A stretch of 64,000 bases of DNA from Antedon mediterranea (Eukaryota; Animalia; Echinodermata). Below the pieces are notes generated by a model, which worked only from the letters and a program-made list of their open reading frames with translations, was not told the DNA's origin and ran no database searches. Shown in pieces: positions 1 through 12,600 of the stretch (its first letter is position 1; each line of letters begins with the position of its first letter). The stretch spans positions 12,772,001-12,836,000 of the forward strand of contig NC_092671.1 in assembly GCF_964355755.1 (NCBI RefSeq), in the 5' to 3' direction. A program made the position numbers and the translations under genes.

Positions 1-369
1 AAGAAATTGGACTTTTTCATTCTTTGGTTATTTATGAGTTTTGCGGAACTTTTCAGAATAAAAGAAAGGATCGAAACATTAATTAAAAAGAAAACTAAAC
101 GCATACTAATTATAAATTGAAATGTTCTTTCTAAATGCTATCTTAGGAATGTGAAGAATAAGGAAACCAATAGGGACCATCTTAACACTCTTCCCGATTT
201 TTAAGGCCGAAATTTAGACACTTCATGGCCTTGACATTAATACGACTGTCATTGACATTACATATTCTATCTCCACACAGTTCAATAACATGTGGAGAAA
301 TATTTTGCCCTCAAAATGCATAGTACTATCCTACTCGATCTGAAACACCGGATGCCATGCAATTCTGAT

Positions 370-379
370 CCATATTTGG
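370..379. promoter_or_regulatory. Perfect CArG box (CCATATTTGG), candidate SRF site upstream of the MYLK-like start
   Basis: Matches CC(A/T)6GG. It lies about 230 bp upstream of the candidate ATG at 605, with a GGAATG (MCAT-like) near 146 and a CCAAT near 167. Confidence 0.45.
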
Positions 380-604
380 TCATAGGGTAAACCGAGGCGC
401 TTGTGTTTACATTGTGGTTGTAATTCTGCCTTACGGTCTTGTGCGCGAAACGAACATTACTGTTTTACTCGTCAAAATCACAGTGTAGTATTTACAAACC
501 AAACATACGTAGTAGATTCTGTACTTCGAAACACAATTTACAGGGAATTTCTAGGGAGTTATCGGCTAATTTAGTCTTTGAGCATATTGCCCTAGTAAAG
601 TACC

Positions 605-621
605 ATGCTATTTGAAAAGAC
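605..621 (+). CDS. MYLK: MYLK-like candidate first coding exon (MLFEK...)
   Basis: ACCATG context; ATG CTA TTT GAA AAG AC|gtaaat gives phase 2, matching the phase-2 acceptor at 925. Confidence 0.45.
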
Positions 622-3600
622 GTAAATCTTTTATTTTAAAAGGTTTGGAATGCTCATCGGTGTAAATGTATACAGTTGATGATTAATGGATGTCGAAAAA
701 TATTAACTGTCAATCTTTACCTAGAATAAGAAGTAATAAATCAGTTATTTTCTTGTTTCTTTTAAAATATATATTCTTATTTATTTCCTATTTTGTATGA
801 AAATAGCAATCAGGTCTATAAAGGTCATGTCATTTTATATTTTAGTTATTAATCATTGTAGTTTAAACAAAGCTATTCATTTAGCATATAATATTTTAAA
901 GAATATTTTCTTGTTATTTATCAGTTTCTGCAATTTAACAAGGGATTTTACTAAAGAACCGGTCATACCAAAATCTGAACAGTCTTCATATTGTGACGTC
1001 ACCGATCGTGCTGCGCCACCCAGCGTTTCAAAGACACCACCGTCGATACTTATATCACGGAATTTAGTCCCATCTAGTACTATAAAAGCCCTCGTATCAC
1101 GTTGGAGAGAAACTGCTAAATCACGATCATCAACACGACCAGTAGTTTCTCTATGCGCTCGGACACCTGGAAAATTATCCACCAACATAGTCAAACGCTT
1201 TTCTAATACAGAAATACAAGGTGCGAATACAGTAGATAGTGGTATTACTGAGAAAAAACAAGTTAATGAAGAAGAAAACAATTCACACAAAGAGCAACAC
1301 ACTCCCGAAGATTTAAGAAATACATCAAACATATCACCGCTTGTTATTCCAAAACGATCAATACCAGTTCGACATACATATTCAGCTCCTACAGCTTCTA
1401 GAAAAACAACAAACAAGGAACAGACCAAACCACAAACTAGTAGGAATAAAAATTCATCAATTAAAAGTCCCAGCAAAAGGGTACCGTTTGGTCAGGTTGG
1501 TGTTATTTCTTCGAAACTCGAAGCAAAGCCAAATAAGGAAGCTTCTGCGAACACATTTCAAAGAAAGATAATTAAAACCAATAAAGACATATCGGAGATA
1601 TCAAAACGATTTTCATTAACAGTACCTGAGAATCGAAGTAAAATTCCTGGACATCTGAAGCCTAAAGAACACGTCAATACATCAAAATCAAAAGACATAA
1701 ATAAGCCAAAACCTACGCGCCCTCGATCAGAAATTGTTAAAACTAAAACCGAAAAGTTAAGTCCAAAAAGACGGGGATCGAACCAAAGTTCTACCGGTTT
1801 GATTAAACCTACCCAGAACGGAGCCTCATTTAAGGAAATATCTAAGAACAAAGAAGCCGAACCGTCTTTGAAAAAGAAAAAGGAACCCCGACTATCATTA
1901 AAAGAACCCCCAGGACCAACGACAACAGAAAACAATCACAAATCAAGGGTTCCAGTGTCTCCTAGATCAAGTTTAGCATATGCAAAACAAAAACTACAAG
2001 AACCGAAGAAAATGTCTGTTAGAAAAACCGTTGAGTTATCCCCAGGACGCACTAAAGGCATCGGAGCACTTGCTGCAAAGTTTGAAACTAAAAACAAAAT
2101 TGAAACTTCAACTACTACTAAATCAATAAAAGCAGAACCGTCGTTTGCCTCAAGATTCCAAAAGGTTAATGATAACATCACTACAAATGGAAAAGCAAAA
2201 GATGTTGGTAATTTTAATCACTCTCCAGTGAAGAAGCCAACTAAACCCCCGGCATTTGGTTTGAAACCAAAACGGGAGTCTTGTCGAGCTGGTGGTAAGG
2301 CCTCATTTCACTGTACTGCTTTTGGAATGAGCAAACCAGACGTGACTTGGAGTTTTAATGGCACAGCGTTGGAGAATTCAAAGAGACACAAGATTCACAT
2401 TGACAAAGGAATCTACTACCTGGAGATAATTGATCTTGTTCTGGAAGATGCTGGGACATATATTTGCAAGATGGAGAATGCTGCTGGGAGTGTGGAGTCA
2501 CCGGTGGAGTTGACCGTTAGAGGTGAGTAAAGATAACCCTTTAAGTCATAAAACACGACAGGATAGTGTCAGAGGTAAATTGGATTAGGTTATACCTCGT
2601 TAAATATCTGTAAGGTTGTAGTACTGGGTCATTCATATTATTATAAATAATTATACTTAGCAAATGTCATATCTCATGGTTATTTATGTGCCTAAACATA
2701 GTTCCTTATAAATAATGCACTAAATCTCCATTGTGCTATTAAATATCAAATTAACACTCGCTTTAAAATAAAATAGTAAAATACCATACAAAAGTAGTCA
2801 ATTATAGAACACATATTACACACTGTATTTCGCTGTAGTAATAATGTATTTTCGCTATATTTTTAAGAAAATGATTTTTACTGACCTAGAATAAAGTAAT
2901 ATTGTCTAAAGTTTGAAATACACCAAAACTAGTATACTACCTAATGTCTTTAGCTTTACAATTAAACTTTTCATTTTCAAGGTTCTTTGCTTTTATAGCA
3001 CACAATGTCAGGTGTCAAATATTCGTTGTACGTGATGAAATTGGACTGTGTAATAATTATATTGAAGACTAGCCGATGTGACTCCAACATGTTGTCACGT
3101 AACACTGCGGTCGCTTTAGCTTAACCTTTAGATTCTTAAAACAAAATTAAACTAACTATAACAACAATATTCAGTTCGGTAGTACACATATACAGAGCAT
3201 AAACAATATGAGACTATAATAAGAGAACATATAAAATATGTCAAATCGCGAGATTGTTACAATGTTAAACTATCTAGTGCCTATAAATTAAATACGATAT
3301 TTACCATAATTTGCAAAAACGAAACATTTGTAAGCATACCTAAAATAAGAATAATTAAAAAATGTGAGAATAATGACATTCATTACTAAAGGAAAATTAC
3401 AATAAGAATTATTATAAACTTTTCATAAGTCACAGTATAAATTAAAGAACAAAAATAATTCAGTTACTTGCATCTTCCTTAAACAATTAATATATAATTC
3501 AAAGATGAATGAACCATAGATGGTACCGATTTACAACGAACCAATGACATAAATTCACAATTTAATATACTAATGCGCTTAACATTTTATTACCCCCTGG

Positions 3601-6600
3601 TCACCGAATACCCAATCAATCATGTAACATTGTACATTACAGTCACATTAATACCCCGGTGAGCATGCTTAGTGTGCGTCAAAAACCAAATGCATTATTA
3701 AACGGTTTCGTCTACTATACTACTCATTAGTAAAGGTATATAGATATAATTTGCAAGTTCAACGATACACCATCATTAAGTGATATATTTTTATAGGTTT
3801 AATGTACATATTAATGTACAGTATATAATATCGAAGTATTTAATTTTGTTTATTTTATATATTTTTTTAGATAATCAAAAACGTTTTCAAAATGGACTAA
3901 CGCCTACCTCATCTCCAGTACCTAATTTGTAAGTCTTTAATTTTTGTTTACAATAGTTTTTTATGTCATCATAAGATAGTGAATATGTCATGTATAATTA
4001 TCAGTATCAAACGATACATACAATATATTGATCAAAATATCACAGTACAGTTTATATATTTATGTTAATCATTATCAACTGTATTGGGTTAAAATGACCA
4101 ACAAACGTTCCAACGCTATTAGTGATACTACTATTAGTGATAACCTTGTTATAATAATTAATTAGTATTAACCTTGTAAAAACCTATTTAATGAGGTTTA
4201 AATACCATGGATTAAAATAAGATTATACCCATGACTCAAATAGAAATATGTTAAATCGTTCATCAAATTGTTTTTCGTGATTTAATACACGAAGTAATTG
4301 AAAACGACCGGCATGCACCGAGTGATTTCCTGAAAAGTGCAAATTCAACTTTCAGAAAACAAAAAAGAACAAATTTTAACTGTTCGCGTATTGTGTTTGT
4401 ATATTTGTTTGTTTTGTTGCTTGTCGTCTTGATGTTAATTTTATAAAATATCTTTTGAAGCATGAATACAATAGTGATTGGTTGATTATTTGTGATTTAA
4501 GTAAAGTTATCTATATTATTTAAATATCATCATTCTGAATTAATATTGTTTGCCTTTAGAAACAGCAAGAGTCCGTCTGTCTCTTCGTCAACAAAATTAA
4601 ACGCCTTCCAGAAGTTCAACGACCTTTGTAAAACAAATGGGAGCCCCTCTAGTAATAGGGTGAACAAGTCACCAATTGAAGTCTCTACAAAAAGAGAGAA
4701 GACATCAACGACAATTAAACTGTCTAGCACCGTAAAACAAAATGATGAACCAAAGAAGTTACAAACAAAAACATTAAAATTCGAATTAAAAAAAGGTCAA
4801 CAGAGCGTGAAGCCTAAATCAGACGACATTGTTGACTCACCAGTGACACCAAAAACAATCACCAAGACTAACGTAACGAAAGACGAAGCCTCACCAAAGC
4901 AAACATCATTGATGCCCAGTTCTACAGATACAACAGAATCAACTTCCATAAAGAGGACGTCTTTATTGACACCGACAAAGTTTTCTACCGACTCGGACGT
5001 AGCTTCACCTAAGAGGACCTCGTATTCAAACCCCACGTCGACAACAAAGGTTCCGGTGGTGGTGGAGTGGACACCTCCTGCTATGACGAACAAATCTTCA
5101 GAGGTGGGTGAATCAAATTCACCTAATCAAACATCGATAACTACAACGTCAAAAGTCAAAGCAGTAGCGGAACCAACTTCACCAAAACGAACAGTGTCAT
5201 CAACGTCAAAAACAACTGTTACTCTGTCCACTGGTGTAGAACAAACTTCACCAAAACGAACACTACCGACAACAGATTCTAACGTTCCCATGAGTGTCGA
5301 AGCAACGACACCCACACGGACATTAATTCCGAAGACACAAAAGGTGACTCTCAAAGTCCAGCAACCACCACAATTTACATCTCGCCCAAAGTCGCAAACA
5401 ACCAAAGAATCTAAATTAGCCAAGTTCACCTGTACTATAACTGGTGACCCCATTCCCGAGGTGAAATGGATGAAAGACGGTCAAGCTATACCAGAAGAAA
5501 CCAGAATACAGATACTAGAAAACGAGACAGAACATAGCATAGAAATAAGTGATGTTATTCAAAGTGATGCAGGTCGATATTCATGCGTTTTGAGCAACCC
5601 TGCAGGAAAGACAACTGCAAGTTGTCAGTTATCTGTACAAGGTATTCAATGATTAGTTATTCTTTTTCTTTCATAGGTAGGCCTATGTATTTATTGTGAT
5701 AATTGTGTCTTAACTGTTACCAAAGGGAGGTACTCAATTGATCGATATAGAATTGAGAATTCATAATTTGTAATTCTCAAATATGGAAAATATTTAAAGT
5801 ACCATATCTCCTTCAGAATATAACTTTGTCTAGACACAATGTAATGATTTCAATTTTTTTCAGCCAATCCAACAACTTTACCAAAAGTAGAACATCAGTT
5901 TCCTCCAACCTTTCTACGAAAACTTTCAGATCTAAAATGTAAAGATGCAGAATCTGTGAGCTTTGAATGTCGGGTGTCTGGTACACCTAAACCAAATGTC
6001 AGTTGGTTTTTTGAAGGAAAGCCCATTACCCACGATAATGTATACCAAATATCGTTCGATGAACCGGTAGCTAAGTTAACCATTGCTGAAGTTTTCCCAG
6101 AGGATGGCGGCAATTACACCTGTACGCTTGCTTACCCAGCCGGAACTATTTCATCTACTGCTAGATTGGAAGTTGAAGGTACTTTTAGTTAGTATTTATT
6201 GAGTGAATTTCAACTTGTTAGTAGGCCTTCAAGTACAGTTTTACGATAATAAAAAATATGCCGATTTACAATCAACTTCAGCTGGTTCCATTAAAAACCA
6301 CATTAATTGTTTGACAATTCCTTCTATTGAACATATTATACTATTGCAAATCTATAAATTTTAATTACAATTTGAATGTATTAAAAGCGTTTTACACACT
6401 GCATATTAAAACAAGAAATATTTCTTACAAAAAACGCCGCGTAACTTTTTGACTGGACAGTTGTAAGAACAGTAAGAACAGTCTTCATTAATCTAATATA
6501 ATAGGTCGGCAAATCAAAACGCAAGTGAACAATTGGGACTTTACTTGTGATTTATGTCATTGGCCTGTCAGCACAGTCGTTTCTTTCTAGAATTAAACGC

Positions 6601-9600
6601 ACAAACTTGTATTGGGAATAATGTATGTTTATGTGGTTATTACTATCGCATTTAGGTATTGATAATACAGTAATAATAATATGGCTTTTGAATATATAAT
6701 TACTGTCTGTAGAATAACATTTATACATTCGGTTCGCGATGAAAAGTTATATGAATGGATTTGTAATAGGTATTTATAATAATAGTATATGGGTTGTATT
6801 ATTGCTAAGCTATCACCAAATCGCGTTATAACATTATTTCTCAGGGTTTTTTGCACCATTGATCAATACCAAACGCGTATCGGTATTATAGTTTTTAATG
6901 AATCATTACATTAATAAAAATACCCAATTAAATCAATCGCGTCAGTCCAATTCCGACTTATGTTTCGATCACATAGTTCTGTGTCTACACTGTCCCAACT
7001 AGTTTAACAAAAAAAGTGTGATGTGCCCAAATATGGTAGTGATATGCCCGAATATCGTAGTGATATGACATCGTCATGTCTATATAATATGGGCACATCA
7101 TATTTAGTTTGATAGTATAGACAGAGCATAAGGATTATATTAAAAAAATGTTTTCTTACAAAAAAAAAACAAATTCAGGTTTATGTTGATTAGCCCATGG
7201 ACCTTAGCCAAGTATTCCCTTTTTTCGTTGACTCAGCTTAATGTAGCCTAATCGTTAACGGTGTTAAATCTAATTTATTTGAGTTACATAATACAAAATA
7301 TATTATTCTAATTATTTAGAAGCAAATGATATAAATGGAAGTGAAACAAATGGACCCATGTCGAACAGTATCGACCTAGCAATCATTCCAGAAAAAACAT
7401 CAACTCCAGTAAAAAGTACTTCAGCAAAAATCGTTACCAAACCGTTAAGTCCAATTGTAATGACAACTGCGCCCGAGTTTCTAAAGAAACTCACAGATGT
7501 TACGGTTGATGATGGATCTTCGTTGACACTGAAGGTTGAGGTCAAAGGTAAAGCATTAAACTCTCACAATTTACGTAGAAATGGAGGTTGAAGTAAATCC
7601 CATCGTTAAATTAAATACATGTTAATTATGTGATGTCTTCGCTTAAATCGTTCCCACATTTTATTAACATCGAGCTTGCTGATTCGAATTCTGATTGATT
7701 TGATAAACAATTTTTAGAAAATAATTTCCATATTATAATACAATCGATAAATCAAAACAAACTCGTCAAGAATATATTTTATACATTAAACACTGCTTTG
7801 CTAGTAATATTTAAATTAAAGAAACCACCAGGTTAATTTTGACGTAAACAACATTTCTAAAAAGACAGTTTTCTTGGAATATCTAAGTAAATAGCTACTT
7901 CGAGGGTGGTGACGACCGGTATATATCCAGTGGTAAACACCTTATTCAATCAGATTATTGTGATATTAATTTGACGTTAAACCACAGGTATTAATTTGTT
8001 ACGAAACATATTTTGATTCTCCCTAGGATTGTTTCTATAGGCCGTATGATTTTGTTATTAATCCCCGAGTAAATAATTTGACATTGACAGAATACAGTGT
8101 GTGTGTTTTTGTGTAAAGTTGGCATTTTCAAATCAACTAATTCTCCTCCGAAAATGGAATCTATATAAAGTATGATAAAAGAATTGTACTCATTTTAGGA
8201 TCCCCTGCACCAACGGCTCTCTGGTTCTTCAAAGATGAAGAGATTATAGAAGAAGAGGATTTTAAGTTTGTATCTGATGGAAACACCCTGTCACTGGTGA
8301 TAGCAGAAGTCTATCCTGAAGATGCAGGGATGTACACCTGCGTTATTACAAACTCGGAAGGAAAAGCTTCGACATCGTGCAAGGTTCTAGTAGATGGTAT
8401 GTAGCAATAGAAGAAAACCAATTAGTTAAACCAAAATAACCAACTATGTCTATAATCACGAACCATTGTATTTAATGTTTGTAACATAAGGATATAAGTT
8501 ACTGTTACTTTGCCTATATTAAAGTAAATCCACTCCATTGATATTATGGTATTAATAGGCAGGCTGCTATTTTCTTTTTCTGTATTCTTATTATTTCAAT
8601 CTGTCATCTTCTTACTCAATTTCAGATCTTGTTTGTTTCTCTACTATTAGGGCTACTATGGTAATATCTTATACTGTAGTTTGAGAATATTGCTGTGTTT
8701 ATGCATGTATATCGTATGGTGTGTTTTACGGGTTGTTTATACTAATGTCATTAATTGATATTACAAATAGGTGAAGTAAAGTGTTTTAGTTTGTTACTTT
8801 ACTGTATTCTGTGTTCAAGATTCGTTGAAGGTGACACTTACCTAATCACTATTAAGCTACTGTGCGTATTCACTACGTCTTACTGACAAACACATTAAAT
8901 ATGTTAATGTTTGCATGGTATTTTATGTCTCATGTAATTAAACCTAAATAAATGTTGTTGTTCTATGCATGTTGATGTTTTGATAAGTAAGTAGTCAATA
9001 AGTGTATTAATTTAATTGAAAACAAGAAATGAACAATGTATGGTTCGTTGACAGAATCTGGTGACGTCGGCATTCCTCCAAGTTTCATGCAAAAACCTCA
9101 CCAGATGAATATTGACGAAGGAACTATAATAACACTGACTTGTAAAGTGGATGGCGATCCCGAACCAAATGTATTCTGGTATAAAGAAAGCAGAATCATC
9201 AAGCCTAGTGATCGAGTGCAGCTCGTATCTAAAGGCTTCTCTCACAGTCTGCGTATTCCAGCCGCCATCGTTACGGATACTGGGAGTTACACGTGTATTG
9301 CTAAGAATGAGGTTGGAGAAGAAAAATGCACCGTGTCTGTAATGGTTCACCAGATAGAAGAGGAGCATACTGATTTCAGATCACTTTTAAAATCAAGGTA
9401 TCTAATATAAATAGGCCTATAGCCTATATGTAGTTGGTATGGTTTTTGTTTTTGGAAAACAAAGAGGTGGATCCAAGATTAATTATTATTATATATTTGA
9501 AAAGTAATGTTTTTCTCGTTTCGGCTTTTCCAAAACAATGTATTCGCTCGTAAACGCTTGCATTATAGGATAATTATCGGTCATAATGCTTCTTTTCTAG

Positions 9601-12600
9601 ACATCACCTATTAAATTGTAAATATAAACATTAATGTTCAATTCATTTTTCTGTAATTTGAAGATAGTTAAACTCTATTGGTTTTTGTATTGTTATGTAC
9701 TTCCCGTAGTATCATATCGCTAACTAAACAAAATAAAGCTTCGATTATTAATAATATCGCATACAATTTTTCAAAATAATGAACAAAAAAAGGATTACCT
9801 CTAAAGAAAAAAATTAAAGAAACAAATATCTCTTTATTTCGAGTTAACCATTTTTATCTTACCATTATTATTAAGAGTTGATCGTCTTGTAACTGAAACT
9901 AACGATATTGTTTTTAAAGGCCGAAGCTACAGAAGATGGACAACATTAACCAAAACGAAGAAGAGAACGAAGCCGGGCAGTTAGACTTCCGTCATGTGTT
10001 AAATAAATCGAAATCCGAAGAAGAAGAATTACAGGCGGCGACTGATGCGGCTATCAAAGAATCGGAAGCAGAGCAACTCGACTTTCGTCATCTCCTTACC
10101 CGTCATGTACAAACTAAACAACATCCTAAATTTACCAACGAATTATCGGATGCTATGGTAGATGAGGGTAGTTCAGCCGTATTGGTTTGCAGTGTGGTAG
10201 GAACACCAGTACCTACTATTATCTGGAAATTTAAAGGGAAGGAAATTAAAGAATCTAAATATTTTAGAATGAAGTATGAAGGTATGATATGATTAATTAC
10301 ACTCACAACGAAACAGTTATAAAATAATTTATAATAATAAATTTAAATATGTTTAAATAAATGCACACATGTTTTAGATGATTTTGTGTTGCTCGGTGTT
10401 CGGCGAATAAATACTACAGAAGTTGTACCATAGTAATTAATTTAATTAATTTTTGTAAATTAATTTAAATTAAATCGATTGTTAATAATCTTCCATTGTC
10501 TATCGTGGCTCTCTACATATTGATGTGAATAATACAATTTAATTATATCAATTACATTGTCTATAATTTAAATAACTAATTACTGTTTCATTTGTTCCAT
10601 TTTTAATTATGTAGTTTTATATCTTTCTACTTAGATAATGTAGCACAGCTTTCCATCTCTGAAACATTTGCTGAAGACGAAGGCGAATATGTATGTTTAG
10701 CCACAAACAGTGCAGGTACAGCGAAATCAGTCGCTGATCTTCGAGTCAAAGGTGAGAATTTAAAACTGAAACCTACTATTAAGCACCTTAGAGTTCCTTC
10801 CTCTGTGCTTATGTTTCTAAACAAAGGAGGCTTCACGGGCCATTACAAAATGTACATAATAGGATGAATACACGATCATATACGAAGATAAGGCCAAGTG
10901 TTTTGTGTGTTCCTTTAATCAATAAAATTGCACTCTAAAGGCACGTTCACAGAAATCAATCTAAGTTGTTTGATGTTTGTTACAACAAAATTATTTTCAT
11001 TTTATTTAGCATGTGATGAGGACGAACTGGACAACAGTACTGACAACATTGTAACTACAAAGCCTAATGAAGATGTTGATAGCACTTTTCACAGTCCGAT
11101 TTCTGCAAAGTTAAATACACCTGTCGCAAACGCTGTTGGTCACAAAGTTGCCTCATTCACCATGAACGCCACAGCAAAACCATTCGGAGATTCAAGTTCA
11201 AAGATGCCTGACGTCTCTCCACCAGAATTCCTTGAAGAACTCTGTGATGAACCGATTATTGAAGGAAGCGCTGCCAGGTTGGAATGTCGTTTAATCGGTG
11301 ACCCCGAACCGGTGGTATACTGGTACAAAGATGGTAAAGAATTGAAAGAGGGAAGGAAGTATAGTTTTGAGTTTGATGATGACGATATCGTTGCACTGGT
11401 TATAAAAGAAACAACTATGCGAGACCTGGGTAAATACGCATGTAAAGCCGTCAACTCGCTTGGAACAGTAGAATGTTCAGCACAACTTATTATTGAAGGT
11501 AAAGTATCTACCTGTTAGAGTAATGCTTGAAACTATATGCTAGTAATGATTGTATCTATATAATAGTAACGACAAACGCCTTCACAATCTAATATAAGTC
11601 ATGTATTTACTGTATTTGTTTTAGTTAACTTTTGATACAGTAATTAATTCCACCAAAAAAAGGTCTACTGTATAATCCATACTGTTTGTATTATTTTGCA
11701 AAAAAAAAAGGTTTTTCAAATTTAATCATTTTCCTACAGCACCCCCAAAAATTGAAAAGTATCCTCGTAACTTAATTACATGTGCGGGGAAAGACATTTG
11801 CATCACCTGTAAAATATCCGGGACACCAGAGCCGGACTTAGAATGGTACAGAGGCAAGAAGGAGATCACAGAAGGAGGAAGAATAGAGATGGAAGATGTG
11901 GACGATGATACGATGCTATACATACGTGACGCTAAACAAGACGATAGTGGTATTTACAAGTTGGTTTTAACCAGTGATTTAGGAACGGACAGTTGTACTA
12001 TTTCCGTTAGCGTTGTAGGTAAGTTTGTCGTTGCATTATAAACACGCGTTCAATATTATTCTAATAAGAGGTGTATAAAATTATAAAAAAGAGAGTTTAT
12101 ACTTGTCTTCGTTATAAAAATGTCTTCATCCTGGATTCGAGAAGGGGGGTGGTTAGTGGTATATTACTGGAATTGATTATTCATTTTATTTCAGACAAAC
12201 CGGATCCTCCCTCTGGGAAACCGGTGTCATCAAACGTTAGTCGGACATCATTAACACTCTCTTGGAGTGGCTCACCATACGATGGTGGCAGTATTATCAC
12301 TGGCTACGTGGTTGAGATGAGCAAGGTTAATGAAGATAACTGGACTAAGCTTACCACGGCTAAAAGTACATCGTATGTTGTTCGCGGTCTGGTTCCTGAA
12401 AAGATGTATTGTTTCAGAATAAGGTCTGAGAATGCTTATGGAGTAAGTGACCCAGGGATGACATCTGACCCTGTTCGGACAACTGAAACCAAAGTACAAA
12501 AGGAATCTAAAGCAGATTCAGGAGGCAAGTGATTATTGTAATAATTGTTGACTACTCATTTGTTCAATATCACGAATAAGTGTCACTTTTATTTTATTAT

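Noticed and set aside
797-924. ORF-track N-terminus MKIAIRS... (and similar upstream extensions such as 38478-38532 and 12071-12194)
   Set aside because: AT-rich or polypyrimidine intron sequence upstream of clear AG acceptors; open by chance.
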